Position numbers and translations under genes: made by a program
Shown: piece by piece, positions 45,785 to 56,644 of the stretch
How positions within the stretch are numbered: position 1 is the stretch's first letter
Layout of the letters: each line of letters begins with the position of its first letter
Notes under the pieces: model-generated
What the model was told of the DNA's origin: nothing
Databases searched by the model: none
The model's input: the letters and a program-made list of their open reading frames with translations, nothing else
Assembly: GCA_963662545.2 (NCBI GenBank)
Contig: CAXXLL010000003.1
Location: 1,888,001 to 1,952,000, forward strand
Source of the DNA: Gammaproteobacteria bacterium
GTDB lineage: Bacteria > Pseudomonadota > Gammaproteobacteria > Ga0077536
DNA length: 64,000 bases
Direction: 5' to 3'

Positions 45785-46030
45785 GCTTACAAACGGGAAG
45801 CAACTGGGCAGTCGCGAGAATAAAAAGAAAAAATGTCCAAAGCTCCGTTAAACGCCCGGACCGCGTAACAAAAGTGCCCACCTAACAAATGGATCAACCG
45901 GACACGTTACAGCGGGCTTGTTTGGGCCCGCTTCGCTATTTTGGTCCCAAACAAGTCGTCTCCGCCTTTAAGGTTCGGTGCCCGCTGTAACGCGCCGGTT
46001 ATCCTAGCGTTAGGCGTCACGCACAATCGA

Positions 46031-46620
46031 ATGTCGCAATTTGAGTTCTTTATGATCATCGCCTCCGTTCTAGTGGCGATTGCAATTACAGAAGTCGTAC
46101 AGAAGTCGTAAGTTGGTGGGGCAAACTACTACGGAACAAACGAATGAGAGACGTTGGTAGCGTTTACTTAGCTTGGTCCGCTCTCTTCATTTGCACCATC
46201 GTCCTCTATTGGAGTGGCTTTTGGGCATACGAAGGCGTGATCATTGTTAACTATGCGCAAATCTGGATGTTGCTGCTACCAACTCTTCTCGCGATCTTAG
46301 TGGCATTCACAATTACGCCCAGTAGCGCTGAACCCTCATTTACTTTCCGCACCTACTATGAAGAAAATCGAAAACTCATTTTCTTCTGTTGGGCTTTATT
46401 TATTCTTGGGGCTGCAGTTGCTGACGTCGTGATGCTCAAATCAATAGATTTAGAAGGCGCACTCCCCGCAGGGGTTATAATCGGAATACTTGTTGCGTGC
46501 GGATTGACTAAGAATATTTGGGTTCACTGCATCGCCTTGGTGATTTTGTTTACTCTGATGCTTCTTGTTCCGGTTGCCTTGGGGTTTAAGGAAACTTTGG
46601 ACTTTTTCAGTGGCGCGTAG
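46031..46620 (+). pseudogene. Cassette: multi-pass membrane protein, frameshifted by an 11-bp duplication
   Basis: MSQFEFFMIIASVLVAIAITEV, then TACAGAAGTCG x2; body ORF 46144-46620. Confidence 0.72.
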
Positions 46621-46643
46621 ACTTCGAAGCGAAGTGCATCACC

Positions 46644-47729
46644 CAGATGTCCAAGTGAAGTGCAACAGGGGTGATTAAACTGCTGCATAACATTCCTCCG
46701 GTGTTTTGACGCCGAGAACCCTTCGCGGACGTGTGTTGAGTTTCTTCGCTATCTTATCGCAGTCACGTTGTGTAACGTCTGCCATGGTTTTCCCTTTGGG
46801 CAGGTACTGTCGAATAAGGCCGTTGGTATTTTCATTGGTACCGCGTTCCCAGGAATGATACGGCGTGCAAAAATAGAAGCGAGCGTCGGTCGCGTTTTCT
46901 ATCTTCTGGAACTGATGAAACTCAGTTCCATTATCGGCGGTTACGGTTCGCACCAAGCGCATTTCACGTTTGATAAGTTGGATCACTTTGCGGTTGAGTT
47001 CGGCGGTCGTGCGAGCCCGAAGTTTTCCGATTAAGGTATATCGTGTCTTACGTTCAACGAGGGTCACGATGCAGTGACCGTCGTGGCTACCGATGACGGT
47101 GTCTATTTCCCAATGACCGATGCGGGAACGGTTTTCAGCGCCTGGTGGTCGTTCGGTGATATGGCGCTTTCCTCGCATAACACCGCGAGAATCACCGCTG
47201 CCGTAGCGTTTCCGTCGTCGTTTTTCCGCCTGTCGCAGATGCTTATATAAGGTGCCGCCGAAGAAGTGGTCGTACCAGATATACCGGTATAGGGTCTGGT
47301 GACTGATTGAAAATATCCGATGACGCTTGAACCAATCCGAGACTTGCTAGGGGCTCCATTCCTCGCGCAGCAAGCGAATGGCGAGACTGAGTTGTTGGTC
47401 GGTGAAATACCATCGTCGGCGAGACTTCGTTCGCCTGCCTCGGGTCATCTCCTCAGCTTCGTCAGGACGATACCGACCGATGCGGCGATTACGCTTTAGT
47501 TCGCGTCCGATCGTAGACCGATGTCGCCCGAGTTTTCGAGCGACCTCTGCGTTTTTACAGCCTTGCATTTTCAAGGTGTGAAGCATATACCTCTCTCCAG
47601 AGGTGAGCTGGTGATAACTCATCGTAAGTTTCCTATTCTGCCAAGAAGAGAGTGCTTACGAGTATCCCAGCTCGCTTCGTTTAACGCGATATAGGGAAAT
47701 TCTTGTGTTGCACTTACATTGTGAATCCG
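46644..47729 (-). mobile_element. IS30-family IS, copy of 42852-43936 with the same TAG codon
   Basis: Same split ORFs (47347-47622, 46675-47178); flanks CC/GG do not match. Confidence 0.9.
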
Positions 47730-47857
47730 GGCCACCTAACAAATGGATCAACCTGACGTGTTACAGCGGGCTTCTTTCCAGCGGCTTCGCATTTTCGCTT
47801 CCAAGAAGCCCGCTGTAACACGCAGGTTATCCTTAGCGTTAGGTTGCTAGAGTAAAA

Positions 47858-48127
47858 ATGGACTTTGAATGGGACCCGGAGAAGGCCCGACTAAACGAGG
47901 ATAACCACGGCGTATCATTTTTCGAGGCCCGCGAAGCATTTCATGACGATTTATCATCGACGGCTCGTGACCCCGATCATTCCGAAGATGAAGACAGATA
48001 TTTAATATTCGGTCAGACAGAAAACGGGCGACACATCGTAGTGTCGTATACTGAAAGGGAAGATAGAATTCGCCTCATATCTGCGAGAGAAATGACGCCC
48101 CGTGAGCGTAGAGCATATGAACAGTAA
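47858..48127 (+). CDS. Cassette: BrnT family toxin
   Basis: MDFEWDPEK...HGVSF, EDRY, IRLISAR. Confidence 0.92.
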   Translation: MDFEWDPEKARLNEDNHGVSFFEAREAFHDDLSSTARDPDHSEDEDRYLIFGQTENGRHIVVSYTEREDRIRLISAREMTPRERRAYEQ

Positions 48128-48320
48128 GAATGACGATATGCGTGCCGAGTATTCCGAAGAACTGATCAAATCAGGCGAAAGAGGAAAATACGCGAAGCGG
48201 TATCGCGAGGGTACGAATGTCGTCCTAATAGACCCGGATCTTCACAAAATCTTTCCTGATTCAGAGTCGGTCAATAAAGCTCTTCGCGAGTACGTTGCTC
48301 AAAAGCAAAGCGCAACCTAA
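48117..48320 (+). CDS. Cassette: BrnA-like antitoxin
   Basis: MRAEY..RGKY...FPDSESVNKALR. Confidence 0.8.
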   Translation: MNSKNDDMRAEYSEELIKSGERGKYAKRYREGTNVVLIDPDLHKIFPDSESVNKALREYVAQKQSAT

Positions 48321-48450
48321 CCAATGGATGAACCTGACGTGTTACAGCGCGCTTCTCTGGGGTGGCTTCGCATTTTCACCCCATAGAAGCGCGCTGTAAC
48401 ACGCAGGTTATCCTAGCGTTAGAGGGCTCGATGAACTGCGTGGCCGAAAT

Positions 48451-48834
48451 ATGAGCGAAGCTGAAGCAGTCGAGCTAATCGCGGCGTACTTAGACAATTT
48501 GGTCGTAAGCATCAGCGTGTACCTGAGCATTACGTTCGCGTTTCTTGTAGTTTCCCACACGGTCGGCTCGAGACTAAGCCAGTTCCAGGCGACGGTAGTT
48601 TCTGTGCTGTACATCGTCGCATCTTTAACTATGTATGGCGCAATGTTGATCAGCCAACTCTGGATAGAGAGTTTGCTCGCGTCAAATCCAATCGTTTTGC
48701 GGACAGAAAGTCTCAAATTAATGATGAACATGAAGTTTTGGAAAACCGCTTTGGCAGTACTAATATTTTCTGGAATTCTCGTAAGTCTCTACTACTCGCA
48801 CGATGCTCGTCGAAGCACGCGGCCAGAGCAATAA
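48451..48834 (+). CDS. Cassette: small membrane protein (family B)
   Basis: AFLVVSHTVGSRLSQFQ; paralogous to 45392-45784. Confidence 0.75.
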   Translation: MSEAEAVELIAAYLDNLVVSISVYLSITFAFLVVSHTVGSRLSQFQATVVSVLYIVASLTMYGAMLISQLWIESLLASNPIVLRTESLKLMMNMKFWKTALAVLIFSGILVSLYYSHDARRSTRPEQ

Positions 48835-49037
48835 AGAGTCCGTGAGGGAAAAGATGGATCGCCCCGAAGCAAAAAACCGCCACCTAACAAATGGATCAAC
48901 CGGACGTGTTACAGCAGACGGCTCATTTGAAGCGGCTTCGCATTTTCGCTTCAAATGAGCCTGCTATAACACGCCGGTTATCCTAGCGTTAGGTCGCAAG
49001 AAGGATAGAGGAGTAAACTTTCACTTCTGTGCCAGGT

Positions 49038-49280
49038 ATGAAGGCTGAGACGATGGTGAAACAATCGGTAATTTATAGGTCACCGGAGATCCTCGGCGGC
49101 ACGCCCGTATTTCAAGGCACCCGAGTTCCCATCCGCACACTCATCGATTACCTTGAAAATGGGGAACGGATCGAGGATTTTCTCCGTGAGTTCCCAACCG
49201 TAACGAAAGAGCAAGCTATCGAAGTTATGGAACTTGCTAGCCGAGCAATACTCACGGAAGGCGATGAGGCTGCTGCTTGA
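49038..49280 (+). CDS. Cassette: DUF433 antitoxin
   Basis: PEILGGTPVFQGTRVP. Confidence 0.9.
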   Translation: MKAETMVKQSVIYRSPEILGGTPVFQGTRVPIRTLIDYLENGERIEDFLREFPTVTKEQAIEVMELASRAILTEGDEAAA

Positions 49281-49584
49281 TGAATCGCTCCCACGCCGTC
49301 TGAGCGACCTGCTGGAAGGCCACTCCGTAACTACGGTACAGGAACAAGGATGGGCTGGCGCCACTAACGGCGATTTGCTCCGCATGGCAGAGGCTGAGTT
49401 CGACGCTTTCCTAACGGCGGATCAGAATCTTCAATATCAACAGAATCTCGAAGGTTTCGACATCGCCGTACTTGTTATAGCTGCACCAAGTACACGTATC
49501 GCAGATCTAGAGCCGCTCGTCCCAGATATTCTATCGGCGCTCTCTGAAACCAAGATCGGTGAGGTGCGCCGAATTGCAGCGTAG
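49264..49584 (+). CDS. Cassette: DUF5615 PIN-like toxin
   Basis: MRLLLDESLP, GWAG..NGDLL, LTADQNLQYQQN. Confidence 0.88.
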   Translation: MRLLLDESLPRRLSDLLEGHSVTTVQEQGWAGATNGDLLRMAEAEFDAFLTADQNLQYQQNLEGFDIAVLVIAAPSTRIADLEPLVPDILSALSETKIGEVRRIAA

Positions 49585-49764
49585 GTTAACAACCGAAATG
49601 CAACATTCACCTAACAAGCGGATCAACCTGACGTGTTACAGCGCGCTTCTTTAGGTCGGCTCCGCATTTTCGCACGAATGAAGCGCGCTGTAACACGCAG
49701 GTTATCCTAGCGTTAGGTTGCAGGTAACGTTGGAAGCCAAACGGATGGGTGCGATAATCAATTT

Positions 49765-49959
49765 ATGAAACTTGCCATAGAACTCAATGCCACGGATTCT
49801 AAGCAACTTCGGAGCATAGCCGAAGACATGGGTGTCCCGGTGGAGGAACTTGCTACCGCTGCAATTGCGGATTTGATCCGAGCAAACTCTGCTGATTTTG
49901 AAGGCGCCGCGTCTCGAATTCTCGAAAAAAACCGAGAGCTCTATAAGCGCCTAAGCTAA
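49765..49959 (+). CDS. Cassette: small antitoxin partner of Doc
   Basis: C-terminus ILEKNRELYKRLS; TAATG coupling to doc. Confidence 0.78.
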   Translation: MKLAIELNATDSKQLRSIAEDMGVPVEELATAAIADLIRANSADFEGAASRILEKNRELYKRLS

Positions 49960-50354
49960 TGCGGTTTTTGACCCTGGGAGAGGTCGTTGAACTCCACCGT
50001 AGAGTTCTGCGCCAGTCCGGCGGCAGCCCAGGTATTAGAACCCTTTCTGGAATTGAATCTGCTATTGCACTGCCGCAATCCACGGTTGGTGGTGAGGATG
50101 CTTACCCTTCGATTGTTGAAAAATCAGCAGCGCTGGGATACGGGCTGTGCCAGAATCATGGCTTCATAGACGGTAACAAACGGGTCGCACACGCTGCGAT
50201 GGAGACGTTTTTATTTCTCAACGGCCTGGAAATAGAAGCTGACGTGGACGAGCAAGAAAAATTAGTTCTGTCGCTAGCCGCAGGCAACATTACCATTCAG
50301 GAATTGTCGGCATGGCTAAAAGATCACACCGTACGCGTGAAATCTGTAACCTAA
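49959..50354 (+). CDS. Cassette: death-on-curing (Doc/Fic) toxin
   Basis: NHGFIDGNKR Fic/Doc motif. Confidence 0.92.
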   Translation: MRFLTLGEVVELHRRVLRQSGGSPGIRTLSGIESAIALPQSTVGGEDAYPSIVEKSAALGYGLCQNHGFIDGNKRVAHAAMETFLFLNGLEIEADVDEQEKLVLSLAAGNITIQELSAWLKDHTVRVKSVT

Positions 50355-50528
50355 CCAATGGATCAACCGGACGTGTCACAGCGGGCTCCTTTGGGGCGGC
50401 TCCGCATTTTCACCCCAAAGCAGCCCGCTGTAACACGCCGGTTATCCTAGCGTTAGGCGTCTAATCGAGTTAAGACAAACTACGTTGCTGTTCGGAAAAT
50501 CTGATCTTTAGTTTATCGCTACTAACTA

Positions 50529-52225
50529 GTGTCCGTCCATAAACAGGCATTTTCTTCGATGGGCACGGAGAAATCGAGGTGTTGAAAGTAGGTTGTTGGA
50601 GCGGTAGCGGCGGTTCGGTGGGGGTCGAAGGGCTCTTCGAGCGTAATTGTGAGTACGTTCGCCGGCCGCAGAGCGCTGCAACCCAAAGTCGCCCGTTCGA
50701 CGATATCGAGGAGGTCAGTTAGTGCGAGTGAACGTCGCTATTCGAGTTGATAGCGCGCGAGCAGGCTGAGGTTGTAGGCGACCACAGAAGACCACACGTA
50801 GGCTTCGAAGTGCGGCAGGCTCTTCCAGGTGCAACGTGCCAATCCGTATGCACGCTTCAGGCAGGAGATACCGGCCTCGATGCCGGCGCGGAAGTTGCGC
50901 AAGCGTCGATAGACCCACTGACTCTTGACCATGTCGGCGATCGCGAGCCCGCGCTTCTTGTGGAAGGCAACGTCTTCGATGCCTTCTGCTTTCGCCGCCC
51001 GGAGATTGTCGAGGCTCGCATAGCCGCCATCGGCGGCGACCTGTCGTGGCATCGTCCCGTAGTGTGTTCGATGCCGTTCGAGCATCGGCATGAAGCGCTG
51101 ACTATCGACCGGATTGCCTCGCTCGATGACCACGTCGAGGATGAGGCCACTGCGCCCCGAAGCCAGATTGATTTTGTGTCCGTACTGAACGTCGCGCGCA
51201 CCCTTTATGATGATGTCGGTATGCGGCTCGAACAAGCTCACGCACTTCTCGCTCGCGGGGACCTTCTCACCGCCGAACACCCGCCGCTCAGTTTGCGAAA
51301 TCACCTGCAGAACAAGTGTTTCGTAGTGCGCTACCTGCGCTAGCCAGTCCGGCAGTTCAACGCCGGTGACGCCCGGGCTCAGCAGCTGCTCACGTACCCT
51401 CGCTACCGCTTCCAAGGTTGAACGCGTCGCCCCAATCAAATCGCGATACAGACGTTGGCGTTGCTTCGCACCACGCGCATACCACAGCGCCCGCGCACGC
51501 TTCTTCGCCAATCGAGTGTGGTTCACGAAGCACAACTCCGGCGCGCCAGGCAACTCGCGCGCCTGTGCGAGCAGACGAACCACAACACGCACGCCATCCC
51601 ACAGCAGATGACTGTCGCTCGGCGCGTGGATGGCACTGTCCGTTACCGTGCTATCAATCCGTACACGCTGTGCCGGCTCAATGCGCGTCTCTTTCGCCGT
51701 CGCCAGCAGGGCGCGATGAATAGACTCCCACGTCGATACCTGGATCGCCGAGACCACCCGCTGTAAGGCAGACTTCTTCGGACGTTCATTACCCGGCAAC
51801 CGGGCGAAGGCCTGAAAGCTCGCCGAGTCCTGCAGGTGAAAGGCCAGCTCCTCGTAACTCAATTGCCGGTGCTGCTTGAGCACCGCGCAGCGCAGCACCG
51901 ACTCCGCCGACAGTCCGCGTCGACCGGTGGGCTTCAAACCCCGCCGACACAGATCGTTCATGACCGGCGTGAGGACCTTGGGGTGAGCATCGAGCCACTC
52001 GGACATGCCCTGCAGCTCTCGCCCCAGGTCATGGTCAGCAAACAGCTCGTATATACTCGCTTGGGCCGTGCGTTTCTGACGCATTCCCCCTCCTGTGGTG
52101 TCGATGATTGTGTGGAAAATCAGAGGTTTGAAGTTCCATTAGATCACGACCCACCGGAGGTTTCGATCCCTTAAGCGACAAATTTTCCTTTTTATTTCAA
52201 CCGCATCGCGTTTAGGGATGCACAC
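50529..52225 (-). mobile_element. ISNCY/IS5-like IS, copy 1 (transposase 50738-52084)
   Basis: IRs GTGTCCGTCCATAAAC / GTTTAGGGATGCACAC; 6-bp duplication TAACTA; RIDST, ADGGY, RAGIEAGIS.LKR; family assignment tentative. Confidence 0.88.
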
Positions 52226-52246
52226 TAACTAGAGAAATTCCCCTGT

Positions 52247-52708
52247 CTAGCCCGCGGTTCCATAGCCGCATACACCGGCGCTATGCAGAGGTTGCACTTT
52301 TTGCAATGCCGAAAGCAAAATCGCTTGACTCGCGGGTGCAGCGTCGTTGAAGGATCCAAGTGCCGGGGTTCCATCCGTAGAACTTCTAGCGATATCAGCG
52401 CTCTGTTCCACCAGGTCAGCAAGCGCGGCGAACTCTTCGGCAGTTAGAACCCTAGCGTATTCTGGAGCCATACAATGACAAGAGTCTTTCGCGACCTGTG
52501 TCGCAGCGACGCTAACGCAAGCTCGTATGTAGCGATCCGAAGGAGATTCCGCGCACGCACTTATGTACAGCGTTAGCGTCAAGATCAAACCGAAGATAAA
52601 AAGTGCATTGAGAGATTTTGAGAGATGATGGAACATAGGTGCCTCGCGAAGCTGGCGATTAGGAGCCTTTTCGTGACAATTTTCGTGCAGCGTATATAAG
52701 AATGCCAC
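52247..52708 (-). CDS. Cassette (inverted): hypothetical lipoprotein-like protein
   Basis: Hydrophobic stretch plus ISAC, CxC motif; start uncertain (perhaps 52636). Confidence 0.5.
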   Translation of the reverse strand: MAFLYTLHENCHEKAPNRQLREAPMFHHLSKSLNALFIFGLILTLTLYISACAESPSDRYIRACVSVAATQVAKDSCHCMAPEYARVLTAEEFAALADLVEQSADIARSSTDGTPALGSFNDAAPASQAILLSALQKVQPLHSAGVCGYGTAG

Positions 52709-52745
52709 AAACCTTAGAAAAGGCAGAAACGCCTAACAAGGCGTT

Positions 52746-54082
52746 CTCAAGGATCCCCACGAATTAGGCATACTGAGCTTCGCAGATAACGAGTTGTTGT
52801 AACGTGATGAATGCGTCCTGGAGATCATGGCGAGATAGTTTGAATCGATGACTTCGCCAGAGTTCTTGTCCCAGGAAAGGAATGGATAGCACGGTTCGTT
52901 TGCGTTCGGTATTCGCCTGAAAATGCCGTGTCCACTGATTAGCTTTCGCTGCGAGCCCACACAACCACAGCAGCAGGGTTGCGAGCAGCGCGATGAGAAG
53001 CAGTACTTCAAGGCGCTGAGTATTCCTCGACCACGCATAGCGCAAACCGAAACCCCAGCGGTGGTTTTTGAGGTCTCTGAAAGCCTCTTCAATCTGCATG
53101 CGTTGTTGGTAAGCACGCACGACGGCCTTAGCGCTGTTTCGAGTATGCGGGAGAGAGGTTGCGAGCAGCCACGGTGAACGATGTAATCGACGGTAGAGCG
53201 CATCATTGGAGCCGTAACTTTTGCGCTGGGCATGTCGTCCGGTACGCGGCAGATAAGCCCGGAGCAGATATAAGCGACAGCGGTAACGGTGGCGTTTGGA
53301 GAGCAACCGCTCACCGATATGCCGAACCTTTGGTGTCGCCTGCGGGTAGAGTGAATGCACGTAACACCACCGCCCGGTCTCGGGTTTGAAGTACTTGATA
53401 GTGTTTCGGATACGGCCGATCCAATCCCACCCCAGGGCTTCGACCTGGCGGAACCAGGGTCCCCGGAAACCCGCATCGGTGACGACGACAGGGATGACGT
53501 TCTCGGGGACGATGTGGTGAAGCGCCTTCAAGAAGGCGCGATGGGTTTTGGGGCTGTTATAGCGACTGAGGGGGTGGACTTCCTCATACACCGTAATTGC
53601 ACGACCGCCGGCGGGCACGGCGGCTCTGAGGATGAGCATTTCACGGTCGAGTTCGCAGTCTGCCCAATCAACGACTATCAGTGGGCGCCGCACGGTGGAT
53701 AAGAGTGTCCGTGCAAAGGCCGCATAGAGTCCTCGACGTTCACGATGCAGATGGCGATTACCGAGCAGACGGTCGACGGCTTTGATGTGGTGTTTGACGA
53801 AGGCCGAACCCGATCGATGACGTCCCAAATGGGTTAAGGCCAGTTTGCCACCATCAAGCAGGGCGCCAACAACCCGAAGTGTGGCATCGAGCCGAGCCCG
53901 ATGCCCAATGACGCCATTGCACTCGCACCATTTTTTTAACAAGCTAATGCCGTGCATGCTGCTGCTCCTGATTGAAGTGATTGTGTGGTAACGACCATTA
54001 GATCAGGCAGCAGCAGGCACGTCGATCATCTAAAGGATTGAATTCGCTTCATGAAAAGTCCCAATTCGTGGGGATACCTCAG
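52746..54082 (-). mobile_element. IS4-family (IS10-like) IS inserted in attC (transposase 52764-53957)
   Basis: IRs CTCAAGGATCCCCACGAATT / AATTCGTGGGGATACCTCAG; 9-bp duplication CAAGGCGTT; VDW, TDAGF, Y..RMQIEEAFRDLK. Confidence 0.93.
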
Positions 54083-54101
54083 CAAGGCGTTGCAGCGGAC
54101 A

Positions 54102-55357
54102 TGATAGTTCCTACGGTTTAGTGAACACCCTGACCTAACCAGTCAGGAGTGTTCAAAATGCCAAAACCAGGTCCCAGAACGACTTACAAATACAGCGAAC
54201 ATTTCAAAGCGACTGCGGTTCGTCTGAGCAATGTGTCAGGCGTAGAAGTGCAAGATGTCGCCGCGTCCCTTTACATCCATCCGTTCATGTTGTCTCGTTG
54301 GCGTAAGGAAGCTCGCGAGGGATTCATGATGTCTAAGGGTGTTGAGTTGGATAAGGAAGTCGTGGCTGAGTTGAAAGCACTGCGCAAGGTTAAGAAGGAT
54401 TATGAGCGGCTAAAGGTCGAGCATGACCTTTTAAAAAAAGCGATCGAGTTCACTTCGAAGCGAAAAGCGATGTCTTCGCGTTCATCGAGCACCAAGCCAA
54501 AGAAGGGGTCGCGGTAACGACGATGTGTGCACTGTATGAAGTGAGCACCAGTGGTTTCTACGCCTAGCGGCAGCGTCCAAAGAGCTGTCGTGCGGTAGAG
54601 AATGAACGGTTATTGGTCGAGATCCGCCAAGCCCACGCGGCGAGTTTGAAGACGTATGGGAGTCCTCGGATCCACGAGCGGCTAATACAAAATGGCGAAA
54701 CAGTGGGCCGCCGTCGAATTGAGCGCTTGATGCGAGAAAACGGTATACGTGGGTGTTCAGCCGACCAGTATCGACGTACGCCAGGGTTAAACCGATTCTT
54801 TGGCACGATTGATAACCGCGTTCACGCAATGACGGTGACCCGCCCCGATCAGGTGTGGGTTTCGGATGTCACGTATGTGAAGGTCAAGGGTGTGTGGCGA
54901 TACCTGGCGGCAGTGATAGATCGTTACTCTCGTCGGCTGTTGGGATGGGCGCTCGGTCATGAGAAGACGGCGGGTTTGACGCGTCGGGCATTGAGAAATG
55001 CGTTACGGCTGCGGCGGCCCCCACAGGGGACGATATTCCACAGTGATCGGGGCGCCGAATATGTAGCGAGTGGGATGCAGGATGCGCTGAGAGGAGCTGC
55101 CATGGTGCCGAGCATGAATCGCCGACGCCGGATGACGGACAATGCGCACATGGAATCATGGAACAAGACGATGAAATCAGATATGTATCATCGTCGGGTG
55201 TTCACGAGCGACAAACAGCTACGTGATGCGGTTCGTTCATACGTCGACTTCTACAACCGGGTGCGGCTACACTCGGCCTTGGGATATGTCTCGCCGATGG
55301 AATTCTAAGCCGCATGTACCTAACTAAAGGGTGTCCACTTTTTCGTAGGAACTCCCC
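54102..55357 (+). mobile_element. IS3-family IS (second isoform, degraded) inserted in attC
   Basis: Same IR type as 32398-33654; orfB has a TGG>TAG change at about 54565. Confidence 0.9.
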
Positions 55358-55451
55358 GTGTTACAGCGCGCTTCTTTGGGCCGGCTTTGTATTTTCGTTC
55401 CTAACAAGCGCGCTGTAACGCGCCGGTTATCCTAGCGTTGGGCGACTAAAA

Positions 55452-55482
55452 CGTTGCGTGATGCGCAACACGCGACTATAAT
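55452..55482 (+). promoter_or_regulatory. Cassette-internal sigma70 promoter with overlapping palindromic operator (higBA)
   Basis: TTGCGT-17bp-TATAAT; GTTGCG-TGATG-CGCAAC palindrome over the -35 box. Confidence 0.75.
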
Positions 55483-55488
55483 TATTAT

Positions 55489-55767
55489 GTGATCAGGAGC
55501 ATTCGCCACCGAGGCCTTAAGAATTTCTACGAGACAGGATCAAAAGCTGGTATCCAAACGTCTCAGATAAATCGTTTGAGAATGCTTCTAGCGGCACTTG
55601 ATACTGCACAACAGATCAATGATATGGATGTCCCAGGATTCGGGCCGCATACCCTAAAACGTAAGCTTAAAGGCCGCTGGTCAGTCGTCGTAGGTGGGAA
55701 TTGGAGGCTTACATTTGAGTTTCGAGATGGAGACGTCTATTTGTTAGGTTATGAGGACTATCACTAA
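55489..55767 (+). CDS. higB: Cassette: HigB/RelE-like toxin
   Basis: MIRSIRHRGLK, WSVVVGGNWRLTFEF, EDYH. Confidence 0.88.
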   Translation: MIRSIRHRGLKNFYETGSKAGIQTSQINRLRMLLAALDTAQQINDMDVPGFGPHTLKRKLKGRWSVVVGGNWRLTFEFRDGDVYLLGYEDYH

Positions 55768-56057
55768 TGGCTATGCATAACCCTCCTCACCCTGGAGAAT
55801 TTATTCGCGAGATCTATTTGGCACCGTATGATCTGAGCATTCGGAGTCTTGCTGAAAGTCTTGGGGTATCCGCCTCTACACTTGCCCGTGTAATTAGTGG
55901 CCAAAGTGGTATTAGTCCGGAAATGGCATTGCGTTTGTCGAAAGCCATCGGCCGGTCACCCGAGAGTTGGCTGGCTATGCAGCACAACTATGATCTTTGG
56001 CAAGCCCGAAAGGCTCTCGACCTTTCGCATGTCACCTCTATCGAATTTGCCGCGTAG
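55767..56057 (+). CDS. higA: Cassette: HigA antitoxin
   Basis: HNPPHPGE, ISPEMALRL, PESWLAMQ. Confidence 0.9.
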   Translation: MAMHNPPHPGEFIREIYLAPYDLSIRSLAESLGVSASTLARVISGQSGISPEMALRLSKAIGRSPESWLAMQHNYDLWQARKALDLSHVTSIEFAA

Positions 56058-56218
56058 ATGTCAACGTGAAATGCAATATTCGCCTAACAAATGGATCAGC
56101 CGGACGTGTTACAGCGCGCTCCTTTAGGTCGGCTCCGCATTTTCGCCCAAAAGAAGCGCGCTGTAACACGCCGGTCATCCCAGCGTTAAGTGTATTGAGA
56201 TCAAACCAAGGACATAAA

Positions 56219-56455
56219 GTGAAAACAATTAGTTGCAAACAACTAGGCGGCGCGTGCGATAAAGAGTTCCAGGCTGATTCTTTCGATGAAATCGCAGAAA
56301 TGAGCAAACAACATGGAAAAGAAATGTTTGAAAGAAATGATGAAGCTCACTTGAAAGCGATGAACGAAATGCGAGAACTCATGCAAAAGCCAGAAGCGAT
56401 GAAGGAATGGTTCGAGAATAAGAAAAAGGAGTTTGATGCGTTACCAGAAGATTAG
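56219..56455 (+). CDS. Cassette: DUF1059-like protein
   Basis: GTG start; KTISCKQLGGACD...H. Confidence 0.75.
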   Translation: MKTISCKQLGGACDKEFQADSFDEIAEMSKQHGKEMFERNDEAHLKAMNEMRELMQKPEAMKEWFENKKKEFDALPED

Positions 56456-56644
56456 ATGAGTGAGGGCATCAAACCATCCCATACAGATTCCAGAGAACTC
56501 CCAAACTATGAGAAATACACATAACAAGGCGCTCCAGCCGACAGCTTCCAGCGGGCTTTTCTTACGCAGCGTCCGCATTTTCGCTTCAGAAAAGCCCGCT
56601 GTAAGGCGCGGCTGAGCTTTGCGTTAGATGTACGAGAATTCGTT

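Noticed and set aside
48836-48870. IS3-end-like remnant before attC 48882 (GAGTCCGTGAGGGAAAAGATGGATCGCCC)
   Set aside because: Resemblance needs gaps and is too weak to assert by eye
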